Shown: positions 45,781-57,800 of the stretch, one piece after another
Layout: every line of letters starts with the position of its first letter
Numbering within the stretch: position 1 is the first letter of the stretch
Assembly (NCBI GenBank): GCA_964247055.1
Contig: OZ176059.1
Coordinates: 3,641,730 to 3,705,729 of the forward strand
DNA: 64,000 nt
Direction: 5' to 3'
Origin: Paragordius varius
Lineage: Eukaryota > Animalia > Nematomorpha
Position numbers and translations under genes: made by a program
Notes under the pieces: model-generated
What the model saw: the letters and a program-made list of their open reading frames with translations, nothing else
Databases searched by the model: none
Told to the model about the DNA's origin: nothing

Positions 45781-48488
45781 AACCTATGAGATTAATTTTA
45801 AATCTTTCAGATAGACTCTACAAATCGAAAAAGAATTGGTTACGTGCATTATTTAAGGTTGATTGTTGAATTAAAATCATTATAACAATTCAATAATGTT
45901 AAGAGCAAGTATCATTTTAAGACAAATACGTATTTAAGCTCAAATAAAAGACCAATTTTACCTATAAGATTAATTTTAAATCTTTCACATAGACTCTACA
46001 AATCAAAAATGAATCAGTTACGTGCATTATTTAAAGTTAATTGTTGAATCATAAAATAGAATTATTTAATATAAGAAATCAATAATGTTAAGCGCAAGTA
46101 TCATTTTAAGAAAATACGTATTTAAGCCTAAATAAAAGACCATTGTTTTTACCTATAAGATTATTTTTAAAATCCCGCACATAGACTCTACAAATCAAAA
46201 AAGAATTCGTTACGTGTATTATTTAAAGTTAATTGTTGAATCATAAAATAGAATTATATAATATAAAAAATCAATAATGTTAAGCGCAAGTATCATTTTA
46301 AGACAAATACGTATTTACAAATAGAAGATTAATATTTTTGCCTATAAGATTATTTTTAAATCCTTCACATAGACTCAACAAATCAAAAAAGAATTGGTTA
46401 CGTGCATTATTTAAGGTTGATTCTTAAAATAGAATTCTATAATATAAGAAATGAATAATGTGAAGCGCAAGTATCATTTTAAAATGACAAATACATATTT
46501 AAGCTTAAATAAAAGACCAATGTTTTATTTTTAAATCCTTCACATAGACTCAACAAATCAAAAAAGAATCTGTTACGTGCATTATTTAAGGTTGATTCTT
46601 AAAATAGAATTCTATAATATAAGAAATGAATAATGTGAAGCGCAAGTATCATTTTAAAATGAAAAATACGTATTTAAGCTCAAATAAAAGACCAATTTTA
46701 CCTATAAGATTAATTTTAAATCTTTCACATAGACTCTACAAATCAAAAAAGAGTTGGTTACGTGCATTATTTAAGGTTGATTGTTGAATCAAAATCATTA
46801 TGAATATGAATTCTATACAACAATTCAATAATGTTAAGAGCAAGTATCATTTTAAGACAAATACGTATTTAAGCTCAAATAAAAGACCAATTTTACCTAT
46901 AAGATTAATTTTAAATCTTTCACATAGACTCTACAAATCAAAAAAGAGTTGGTTACGTGCATTATTTAAGGTTGATTTTTGAATCAAAATCATTATGAAT
47001 ATGAATTCTATACAACAATTCAATAATGTTAAGAGCAAGTATCATTTTAAGACAAATACGTATTTAAGCTCAAATAAAAGACCAATTTTACCTATAAGAT
47101 TAATTTTAAATCTTTCACATAGACTCTACAAATCAAAAAAGAATTGGTTACGTGCATTATTTAAGGTTGATTGTTGAATCAAAATCATTATGAATATGAA
47201 TTCTATACAACAATTCAATAATGTTAAGAGCAAGTATCATTTTAAGACAAATACGTATTTAAGCTCAAATAAAAGACCATTGTTTTTACCTATAAGATTA
47301 TTTTTAAAATCCCAGCCATAGACTTTACAAATCAAAAAAGAATCAGTTACGTGCATTATTTAAAGTTAATTGTTGAATCATAAAATAGAATTCTATAATG
47401 CAAGAAATCAATAATGTTAAGCGCAAGTATCATTTTAAGACAAATACGTATTTGAGCTCAAATAAAAGACCAATTTTACTTATAAGATTAATTTTAAATC
47501 TTTCACATAGACTCTACAAATCAAAAATGAATTGGTTACGTGCATTATTTAAGGTTGATTGTTGAATCAAAATCATTATGAATATGAATTCTATACAACA
47601 ATTCAATAATGTTAAGAGCAAGTATCATTTTAAGACAAATACGTATTTAAGCTCAAATAAAAGACCAATTTTACCTATAAGATTAATTTTAAATCTTTCA
47701 CATAGCTACAAATTAAAAATGAATTGGTTACGTGCATTATTTAAGGTTGATTGTTGAATCAAAATCATTATGAATATGAATTCTATACAACAATTCAATA
47801 ATGTTAAGAGCAAGTATCATTTTAAGAAAATACGTATTTAAGCCTAAATAAAAGACCATTGTTTTTACCTTAAAATCCCGCACATAGACTTTACAAATCA
47901 AAAAAGAATCAGTTACGTGCATTATTCAAGGTTGATTGTTAAAATAGAATTCTATAATATAAGAAATGAATAATGTGAAGCGCAAGTATCATTTTAAAAT
48001 GACAAATACGTATTTAAGCTTAAATAAAAGACCAATGTTTTTACCTGTAAGATTATTTTTAAATCCTTCACATAGACTCAACAAATCAAAAAAGAATCAG
48101 TTACGTGCATTATTCAAGGTTGATTGTTAAAATAGAATTCTATAATATAAGAAATGAATAATGTGAAGCGCAAGTATCATTTTAAAATGACAAATACATA
48201 TTTAAGCTTAAATAAAAGACCAATGTTTTTACCTGTAAGATTATTTTTAAATCCTTCACATAGACTCAACAAATCAAAAAAGAATCAGTTACGTGCATTA
48301 TTTAAGGTTGATTCTTAAAATAGAATTCTATAATATAAGAAATGAATAATGTGAAGCGCAAGTATCATTTTAAAATGACAAATACGTATTTAAGCTCAAA
48401 AAGAAGACCAATTTTACCTATAAGATTAATTTTAAATCTTTCACATAGACTCTACAAATCAAAAAAGAGTTGGTTACGTGCATTATTT

Positions 48489-48958
48489 TTTTAGTTGTAA
48501 AATTATATTCAAAATCCTGCATATAGACTCAACAATCAAATAAGATTCATTAACCAAATTAAAACGTATTTATTCATTGTGTTAAACATTGCATTATTTG
48601 CGGTTGATTGTTGAATCCAAAAATACTTTTAAGATGGATTCTAAAATAAAAATAATAAATAATGCGACAAGCAAGTATCAATTTAGGATGAATACGTATT
48701 GAAGTTAAAATAAAAGACCAATGTTTTAGTTGTAAAATTATATTCAAAATCCTGCATATAGACTCAACAATCAAATAAGATTCATTAACCAAATTAAAAC
48801 GTATTTATTCATTGTGTTAAACATTGCATTATTTGCGGTCGATTGTTGAATCCAAAAATACTTTTAAGATGGATTCTAAAATAAAAATAATCAATAATGC
48901 GACAAGCAAGTATCAATTTAAGATGAATACGTGTTTAAGCTCAAAAAAAGACCAATTT
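48489..48958. repeat. 235-bp divergent monomer cassette 9 (2 units)
   Basis: Same unit and junctions. Lies 3178 bp from cassette 8. Confidence 0.92.
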
Positions 48959-51354
48959 AACCTATGAGATTAATTTTAAATCTTTCAGATAGACTCTACA
49001 AATCGAAAAAGAATTGGTTACGTGCATTATTTAAGGTTGATTGTTGAATCAAAATCATTATGAATATGAATTCTATACAACAATTCAATAATGTTAAGAG
49101 CAAGTATCATTTTAAGACAAATACGTATTTAAGCTCAAATAAAAGACCAATTTTACCTATAAGATTAATTTTAAATCTTTCACATAGACTCTACAAATCA
49201 AAAATGAATTGGTTACGTGCATTATTTAAGGTTGATTGTTGAATCAAAATCATTATGAATATGAATTCTATACAACAATTCAATAATGTTAAGAGCAAGT
49301 ATCATTTTAAGACAAATACGTATTCAAGCTCAAATAAAAGACCAATTTAACCTATGAGATTAATTTTAAATCTTTCACATAGACTCTACAAATCAAAAAT
49401 GAATCAGTTACGTGCATTATTTAAAGTTAATTGTTGAATCATAAAATAGAATTATATAATATAAAAAATCAATAATGTTAAGCGCAAGTATCATTTTTAG
49501 ACAAATACGTATTTAAGCTCAAATAAAAGACCAATTTTACCTATTTTAAATCTTTCACATAGACTCTACAAATCAAAAAAGAATTGGTTACGTGCATTAT
49601 TTAAGGTTGATTGTTGAACAAAATCATTATGAATATGAATTCTATACAACAATTCAATAATGTTAAGAGCAAGTATCATTTTAAGAAAATACGTATTTAA
49701 GCCTAAATAAAAGACCATTGTTTTTACCTATAAGATTATTTTTAAAATCCCGCACATAGACTTTACAAATCAAAAAAGAATCAGTTACGTGCATTATTCA
49801 AGGTTGATTGTTAAAATAGAATTCTATAATATAAGAAATGAATAATGTGAAGCGCAAGTATCATTTTAAAATGACAAATACATATTTAAGATCAAATAAA
49901 AGACCAAATTTACCTACAAGATTAATTTTCAATCTTTCACATAGACTCTACAAATCAAAAAAGAATTCGTTACGTGCATTATTTAAGGTTGATTGTTGAA
50001 TCAAAATCATTATGAATATGAATTCTATACAACAATTCAATAATGTTAAGAGCAAGTATCATTTTAAGACAAATACGTATTTAAGCTCAAATAAAAGACC
50101 AATTTTACCTATAAGATTAATTTTAAATCTTTCACATAGACTCTACAAATCAAAAAAGAGTTGGTTACGTGCATTATTTAAGGTTGATTTTTGAATCAAA
50201 ATCATTATGAATATGAATTCTATACAACAATTCAATAATGTTAAGAGCAAGTATCATTTTAAGACAAATACGTATTTAAGCTCAAATAAAAGACCAATTT
50301 TACCTATAAGATTAATTTTAAATCTTTCACATAGACTCTACAAATCAAAAAAGAATTGGTTACGTGCATTATTTAAGGTTGATTGTTGAATCAAAATCAT
50401 TATGAATATGAATTCTATACAACAATTCAATAATGTTAAGAGCAAGTATCATTTTAAGACAAATACGTATTTAAGCTCAAATAAAAGACCATTGTTTTTA
50501 CCTATAAGATTATTTTTAAAATCCCAGCCATAGACTTTACAAATCAAAAAAGAATCAGTTACGTGCATTATTTAAAGTTAATTGTTGAATCATAAAATAG
50601 AATTCTATAATGCAAGAAATCAATAATGTTAAGCGCAAGTATCATTTTAAGACAAATACGTATTTGAGCTCAAATAAAAGACCAATTTTACTTATAAGAT
50701 TAATTTTAAATCTTTCACATAGACTCTACAAATCAAAAATGAATTGGTTACGTGCATTATTTAAGGTTGATTGTTGAATCAAAATCATTATGAATATGAA
50801 TTCTATACAACAATTCAATAATGTTAAGAGCAAGTATCATTTTAAGACAAATACGTATTTAAGCTCAAATAAAAGACCAATTTTACCTATAAGATTAATT
50901 TTAAATCTTTCACATAGCTACAAATTAAAAATGAATTGGTTACGTGCATTATTTAAGGTTGATTGTTGAATCAAAATCATTATGAATATGAATTCTATAC
51001 AACAATTCAATAATGTTAAGAGCAAGTATCATTTTAAGAAAATACGTATTTAAGCCTAAATAAAAGACCATTGTTTTTACCTTAAAATCCCGCACATAGA
51101 CTTTACAAATCAAAAAAGAATCAGTTACGTGCATTATTCAAGGTTGATTGTTAAAATAGAATTCTATAATATAAGAAATGAATAATGTGAAGCGCAAGTA
51201 TCATTTTAAAATGACAAATACGTATTTAAGCTTAAATAAAAGACCAATGTTTTTACCTGTAAGATTATTTTTAAATCCTTCACATAGACTCAACAAATCA
51301 AAAAAGAATCAGTTACGTGCATTATTCAAGGTTGATTGTTAAAATAGAATTCTA

Positions 51355-51357
51355 TAA
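51355..51357. other. Left target-site duplication (TAA)
   Basis: The empty monomer reads TTCTATAATATAAGAAATG. The filled site reads TTCTA-TAA-[element]-TAA-TATAAGAAATG. Confidence 0.85.
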
Positions 51358-52355
51358 CACAGTGTGCAAAATTGGGGGTATTTATTTTCTCAGGATATTA
51401 TATTAAGCTTAATATGACCGTTGTGACATAGACATCCTAAAAATATAAGGATAAAAAAAATTGTCAATGTAGAAAATTTTTTTTTCACTTTTACCATATA
51501 TGGATATATTCGGAAAAAATCAATTTATTTGCATAATACTTGATCAAAAATTATAAAACTTATATATAATATAAATAATATTAAATAAATATTATTTGCA
51601 AATTTTGGCTCAATATGAATGGATAGATTTAAAATAAACGTCAATTTATTAAATCCAACTAAATTTATCCCTTTATATTAGTAACATAAAAAATACTTGA
51701 TGAAAATCAATATAATATGCGCCAAAATTTAAGTTTAACTTTATATGTTAATATAAATATTACTTATATATAATAAAAATTAGGTTTTAACTAAGTTAAA
51801 AATTTTTGAAATTTTTTATTTTACTAAAATAAAATTAAATTTTTTTAATATCAACTGTAATATAATCATGTCTGGTGATTATAAATATAACCATATGGAT
51901 TTTTTTACCTGGATTTTTGAATTGTAGATGATATTGACTGTTGCTTTACCCTGATATGATGGTATATTTTATAATAATTATAGATAAATATATTTGGAAT
52001 TTAGATAAAACATTGAAAAACCAATGTAATCCATTGTGAAAATCATATTTTAAAGACAAATTTGCTAATCACAAGCAAACATCCACCAGAAAATTATATT
52101 TTGATACATTATGTTCATTGTGTAATAAATTAATATATTTAATTTTTTTAATATAAAATTGTTTACTTGTTTTTATACGAATGTGGGCAAGGTCCATCCA
52201 AAGATTTCTATTAGTTTTAATGTTGAGTTCTGCCAAAGAATCGGTTTCTCTTAAATTACCCATTCTAATTTAAATAAAACTCCTCCATAGATTGCTATTT
52301 TTTGTTATGTTGAGTTATGCCAGTATTCAGGCACATAATTATTTTAGGTTCATTT
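51358..52355 (+). repeat. Left inverted arm (998 bp)
   Basis: Reverse complement of 52819-53801. The inner 917 bp differ from the right arm by 5 substitutions and one 4-bp indel (manual comparison). The outer 81 bp are more divergent. Confidence 0.95.
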
Positions 52356-52818
52356 GCTTCTTAAGCCATCGCAAACAACCTATCCTACTTCGGGTATATG
52401 AAATTCAACTCGTTGAAAGTTCTTGATATTGAGAAAGTCTTTTTGCCAAAATATTAATAACATGAAATACCCGATTAAAATAGTTTATAAAATGATTATC
52501 AACACCTTTTAAAAGATTTAAATATAAGAATTTGAAGAAATGGTATTCAAAAAAAAATTAAAAGGGCTGCAAAATCTTGTCTCATGAACCGTGCAACATA
52601 CTATAACTATAAAAACTTGCAGACATTTATATTAAAAATAAGTATGACATAAAATTTAATTGATAATTCAGGGCCATAAATAAGCTTTTAGAGCCCAAGT
52701 TTTGGTAAAACTGATGTATACTTCGTTAACACTTTCTTTTGCCATAAACCGTTTTTTAAAAAATCATTCAAGAAAAAACTGGCCGTATTCATAAGATTTT
52801 TTTAAATTTTACATTTCT
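52356..52818. other. Unique 463-bp loop/spacer of the foldback element
   Basis: Arm complementarity stops at GGTTCATTT (52355) / AAATGAACC (52819). The sequence between is non-repetitive and has no ORF in the track. Confidence 0.9.
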
Positions 52819-53801
52819 AAATGAACCTAAAATAATTATGTGCCTGAATACTGGCATAACTCAACATAACAAAAAATAGCAATCTATGGAGGAGTTTTAT
52901 TTAAATTAGAATGGGTAATTTAAGAGAAACCAATTCTTTGGTAGAACTCAACATTAAAACTAATAGAAATCTTTGGATGGACCTTGCCCACATTCGTATA
53001 AAAACAAGTAAACAATTTTATATTAAAAAAATTAAATATATTAATTTATTACACAATGAACATAATGTATCAAAATATAATTTTCTGGTGGATGTTTGCT
53101 TGTGATTAGCAAATTTGTCTTTAAAATATGATTTTCACAATGGATTACATTGGTTTTTCAATGTTATATCTAAATTCCAAATATATTTATCTATAATTAT
53201 TATAAAATATACCATCATATCAGGGTAAAGCAACAGTCAATATCATCTACAATTCAAAAATCCAGGTAAAAAAATCCATATGGTTATATTTATAATCACC
53301 AGACATGATTATATTACAGTTGATATTAAAAAAATTTAATTTTATTTTAGTAAAATAAAAAATTTCAAAAATTTTTAACTTAGTTAAAACCTAATTTTTA
53401 TTATATATAAGTAATATTTATATTAACATATAAAGTTAAACTTAAATTTTGGCGCATATTATATTGATTTTCATCAAGTATTTTTTATGTTACTAATATA
53501 AAGGGCTAAATTTAGTTGGATTTAATAAATTGACGTTTATTTTAAATCTATCCATTCATATTGAGCCAAAATTTGCAAATAATATTTATTTAATATTATT
53601 TATATTATATATTTTATAATTTTTGATCAAGTATTATGCAAATAAATTGATTTTTTCCGAATATATCCATATATGGAAAAAGTGAAAAAAAAATTTTCTA
53701 CATTGACAATTTTTTTTATCCTTATATTTTTGAGATGTATATGTCACAAGGGTTATATTAAGCTAGGTATGATATCTTGAGTAAATTTGTTGCACACTGT
53801 G
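52819..53801 (-). repeat. Right inverted arm (983 bp)
   Basis: Reverse complement of 51358-52355. The mirrored 64-aa ORFs (52069-52263 minus, 52911-53105 plus) differ at two residues. Confidence 0.95.
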
Positions 53802-53804
53802 TAA
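53802..53804. other. Right target-site duplication (TAA)
   Basis: CACTGTG is followed by TAA and then the interrupted monomer resumes (TATAAGAAATGAATAATG). Confidence 0.85.
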
Positions 53805-54849
53805 TATAAGAAATGAATAATGTGAAGCGCAAGTATCATTTTAAAATGACAAATACATATTTAAGCTTAAATAAAAGACCAATGTTTTTACCTGTAAGAT
53901 TATTTTTAAATCCTTCACATAGACTCTACAAATCAAAAAAGAATTGGTTACGTGCATTATTTAAGGTTGATTGTTGAACAAAATCATTATGAATATGAAT
54001 TCTATACAACAATTCAATAATGTTAAGAGCAAGTATCATTTTAAGAAAATACGTATTTAAGCCTAAATAAAAGACCATTGTTTTTACCTATAAGATTATT
54101 TTTAAAATCCCGCACATAGACTTTACAAATCAAAAAAGAATCAGTTACGTGCATTATTCAAGGTTGATTGTTAAAATAGAATTCTATAATATAAAAAATG
54201 AATAATGTGAAGCGCAAGTATCATTTTAAAATGACAAATACATATTTAAGATTAAATAAAAGACCAAATTTACCTACAAGATTAATTTTTAATCTTTCAC
54301 ATAGACTCTACAAATCAAAAAAGAATTCGTTACGTGTATTATTTAAAGTTAATTGTTGAATCATAAAATAGAATTATATAATATAAAAAATTAATAATGT
54401 TAAGCGCAAGTATCATTTTAAGACAAATACGTATTTACAAATAAAAGATTAATATTTTTGCCTATAAGATTATTTTTAAATCCTTCACATAGACTCAACA
54501 AATCAAAAAAGAATTGGTTACGTGCATTATTTAAGGTTGATTCTTAAAATAGAATTCTATAATATAAGAAATGAATAATGTGAAGCGCAAGTATCATTTT
54601 AAAATGACAAATACATATTTAAGCTTAAATAAAAGACCAATGTTTTATTTTTAAATCCTTCACATAGACTCAACAAATCAAAAAAGAATCTGTTACGTGC
54701 ATTATTTAAGGTTGATTCTTAAAATAGAATTCTATAATATAAGAAATGAATAATGTGAAGCGCAAGTATCATTTTAAAATGAAAAATACGTATTTAAGCT
54801 CAAATAAAAGACCAATTTTACCTATAAGATTAATTTTAAATCTTTCACA

Positions 54850-57800
54850 TAGACTCTACAAATCAAAAAACAGTTGGTTACGTGCATTATTTAAGGTTGA
54901 TTTTGGAATCAAAATCATTATGAATATGAATTCTATACAACAATTCAATAATGTTAAGAGCAAGTATCATTTTAAGACAAATACGTATTTAAGCTCAAAT
55001 AAAAGACCAATTTTACCTATAAGATTAATTTTAAATCTTTCACATAGACTCTACAAATCAAAAAAGAGTTGGTTATGTGCATTATTTAAGGTTGATTGTT
55101 GAATCAAAATCATTATGAATATGAATTCTATACAACAATTCAATAATGTTAAGAGCAAGTATCATTTTAAGAAAATACGTATTTAAGCCTAAATAAAAGA
55201 CCATTGTTTTTACCTATAAGATTATTTTTAAAATCCCGCACATAGACTTTACAAATCAAAAAAGAATCAGTTACGTGCATTATTCAAGGTTGATTGTTAA
55301 AATAGAATTCTATAATATAAGAAATGAATAATGTGAAGCGCAAGTATCATTTTAAAATGACAAATACGTATTTAAGCTTAAATAAAAGACCAATGTTTTT
55401 ACCTGTAAGATTATTTTTAAATCCTTCACATAGACTCAACAAATCAAAAAAGAATCAGTTACGTGCATTATTCAAGGTTGATTGTTAAAATAGAATTCTA
55501 TAATATAAGAAATGAATAATGTGAAGCGCAAGTATCATTTTAAAATGACAAATACATATTTAAGCTTAAATAAAAGACCAATGTTTTTACCTGTAAGATT
55601 ATTTTTAAATCCTTCACATAGACTCAACAAATCAAAAAAGAATCAGTTACGTGCATTATTTAAGGTTGATTCTTAAAATAGAATTCTATAATATAAGAAA
55701 TGAATAATGTCAACGCAAGTATCATTTTAAAATGACAAATACGTATTGCTCAAATAAAAGACCAATTTTACCGATAAGATTAATTTTAAATCTTTCACAT
55801 AGACTCTACAAATCAAAAAAGAGTTGGTTACGTGCATTATTTTTTTAGTTGTAAAATTATATTCAAAATCCTGCATATAGACTCAACAATCAAATAAGAT
55901 TCATTAACCAAATTAAAACGTATTTATTCATTGTGTTAAACATTGCATTATTTGCGGTAGATTGTTGAATCCAAAAATACTTTTAAGATGGATTCTAAAA
56001 TAAAAATAATTAATAATGCGACAAGCAAGTATCAATTTAGGATGAATACGTATTGAAGTTAAAATAAAAGACCAATGTTTTAGTTGTAAAATTATATTCA
56101 AAATCCTGCATATAGACTCAACAATCAAATAAGATTCATTAACCAAATTAAAACGTATTTATTCATTGTGTTAAACATTGCATTATTTGCGGTCGATTGT
56201 TGAATCCAAAAATACTTTTAAGATGGATTCTAAAATAAAAATAATCAATAATGCGACAAGCAAGTATCAATTTAAGATGAATACGTGTTTAAGCTCAAAA
56301 AAAGACCAATTTAACCTATGAGATTAATTTTAAATCTTTCAGATAGACTCTACAAATCGAAAAAGAATTGGTTACGTGCATTATTTAAGGTTGATTGTTG
56401 AATTAAAATCATTATAACAATTCAATAATGTTAAGAGCAAGTATCATTTTAAGACAAATACGTTAAGCTCAAATAAAAGACCAATTTTACCTATAAGATT
56501 AATTTTAAATCTTTCACATAGACTCTACAAATCAAAAATGAATTGGTTACGTGCATTATTTAAGGTTGATTGTTGAATCAAAATCATTATGAATATGAAT
56601 TCTATACAACAATTCAATAATGTTAAGAGCAAGTATCATTTTAAGACAAATACGTATTCAAGCTCAAATAAAAGACCAATTTAACCTATGAGATTAATTT
56701 TAAATCTTTCAGATAGACTCTACAAATCAAAAAACAGTTGGTTACGTGCATTATTTAAGGTTGATTTTGGAATCAAAATCATTATGAATATGAATTCTAT
56801 ACAACAATTCAATAATGTTAAGAGCAAGTATCATTTTAAGACAAATACGTATTTAAGCTCAAATAAAAGACCAATTTTACCTATAAGATTAATTTTAAAT
56901 CTTTCACATAGACTCTACAAATCAAAAAAGAGTTGGTTATGTGCATTATTTAAGGTTGATTGTTGAATCAAAATCATTATGAATATGAATTCTATACAAC
57001 AATTCAATAATGTTAAGAGCAAGTATCATTTTAAGAAAATACGTATTTAAGCCTAAATAAAAGACCATTGTTTTTACCTATAAGATTATTTTTAAAATCC
57101 CGCACATAGACTTTACAAATCAAAAAAGAATCAGTTACGTGCATTATTCAAGGTTGATTGTTAAAATAGAATTCTATAATATAAGAAATGAATAATGTGA
57201 AGCGCAAGTATCATTTTAAAATGACAAATACGTATTTAAGCTTTAATAAAAGACCAATGTTTTTACCTGTAAGATTATTTTTAAATCCTTCACATAGACT
57301 CAACAAATCAAAAAAGAATCAGTTACGTGCATTATTCAAGGTTGATTGTTAAAATAGAATTCTATAATATAAGAAATGAATAATGTGAAGCGCAAGTATC
57401 ATTTTAAAATGACAAATACATATTTAAGCTTAAATAAAAGACCAATGTTTTTACCTGTAAGATTATTTTTAAATCCTTCACATAGACTCAACAAATCAAA
57501 AAAGAATCAGTTACGTGCATTATTTAAGGTTGATTCTTAAAATAGAATTCTATAATATAAGAAATGAATAATGTGAGCGCAAGTATCATTTTAAAATGAC
57601 AAATACGTATTGCTCAAATAAAAGACCAATTTTACCGATAAGATTAATTTTAAATCTTTCACATAGACTCTACAAATCAAAAAAGAGTTGGTTACGTGCA
57701 TTATTTTTTTAGTTGTAAAATTATATTCAAAATCCTGCATATAGACTCAACAATCAAATAAGATTCATTAACCAAATTAAAACGTATTTATTCATTGTGT

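Larger units (their letters stand above)
1..51357. repeat. Subtelomeric AT-rich tandem satellite, ~188-195 bp monomer (proximal part)
   Basis: Continuous head-to-tail repeats share the cores GCAAGTATCATTTTAA, AAATAAAAGACC, CATAGACT, CAAATCAAAAA and TTACGTGCATTATT. Period is 195 bp for the long monomer (ORF starts 1464/1659, 7370/7565) and 188 bp for the short one (GAATCAG at 16261/16449). One monomer counted at 48/195 G+C. All copies have the same orientation. Confidence 0.98.
51358..53801. mobile_element. Non-autonomous foldback-type DNA transposon (2444 bp) with CACAGTG termini; probably CMC/Chapaev-like, Transib/RAG-like not excluded
   Basis: Non-satellite sequence inserted cleanly within one monomer. 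Perfect 12-bp terminal inverted repeat CACAGTGTGCAA...TTGCACACTGTG, ~1-kb inverted arms and a 3-bp TAA duplication. No ORF longer than 64 aa, so no transposase. The family assignment is inference from the termini and TSD only. Confidence 0.92.

Noticed and set aside
51365-51400. Canonical RSS nonamer (ACAAAAACC) after the heptamer
   Set aside because: It is not present at 12 or 23 bp on either end (TCTCAGGAT and ACTCAAGAT, at best 4/9). The ends are RSS-like in heptamer and geometry only, not bona fide RSSs.
52040-52480. Longer ORF in the arm under a TAA/TAG=Gln genetic code
   Set aside because: Long TGA-free frames are expected by chance in AT-rich DNA, the product resembles nothing I recognise, and there is no independent evidence for a variant code.
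51353-53806. 5-bp TSD (Transib/ProtoRAG type)
   Set aside because: The left 5-mer TATAA differs from the right 5-mer TAATA. It would need an extra 2-bp deletion, whereas TAA fits exactly.
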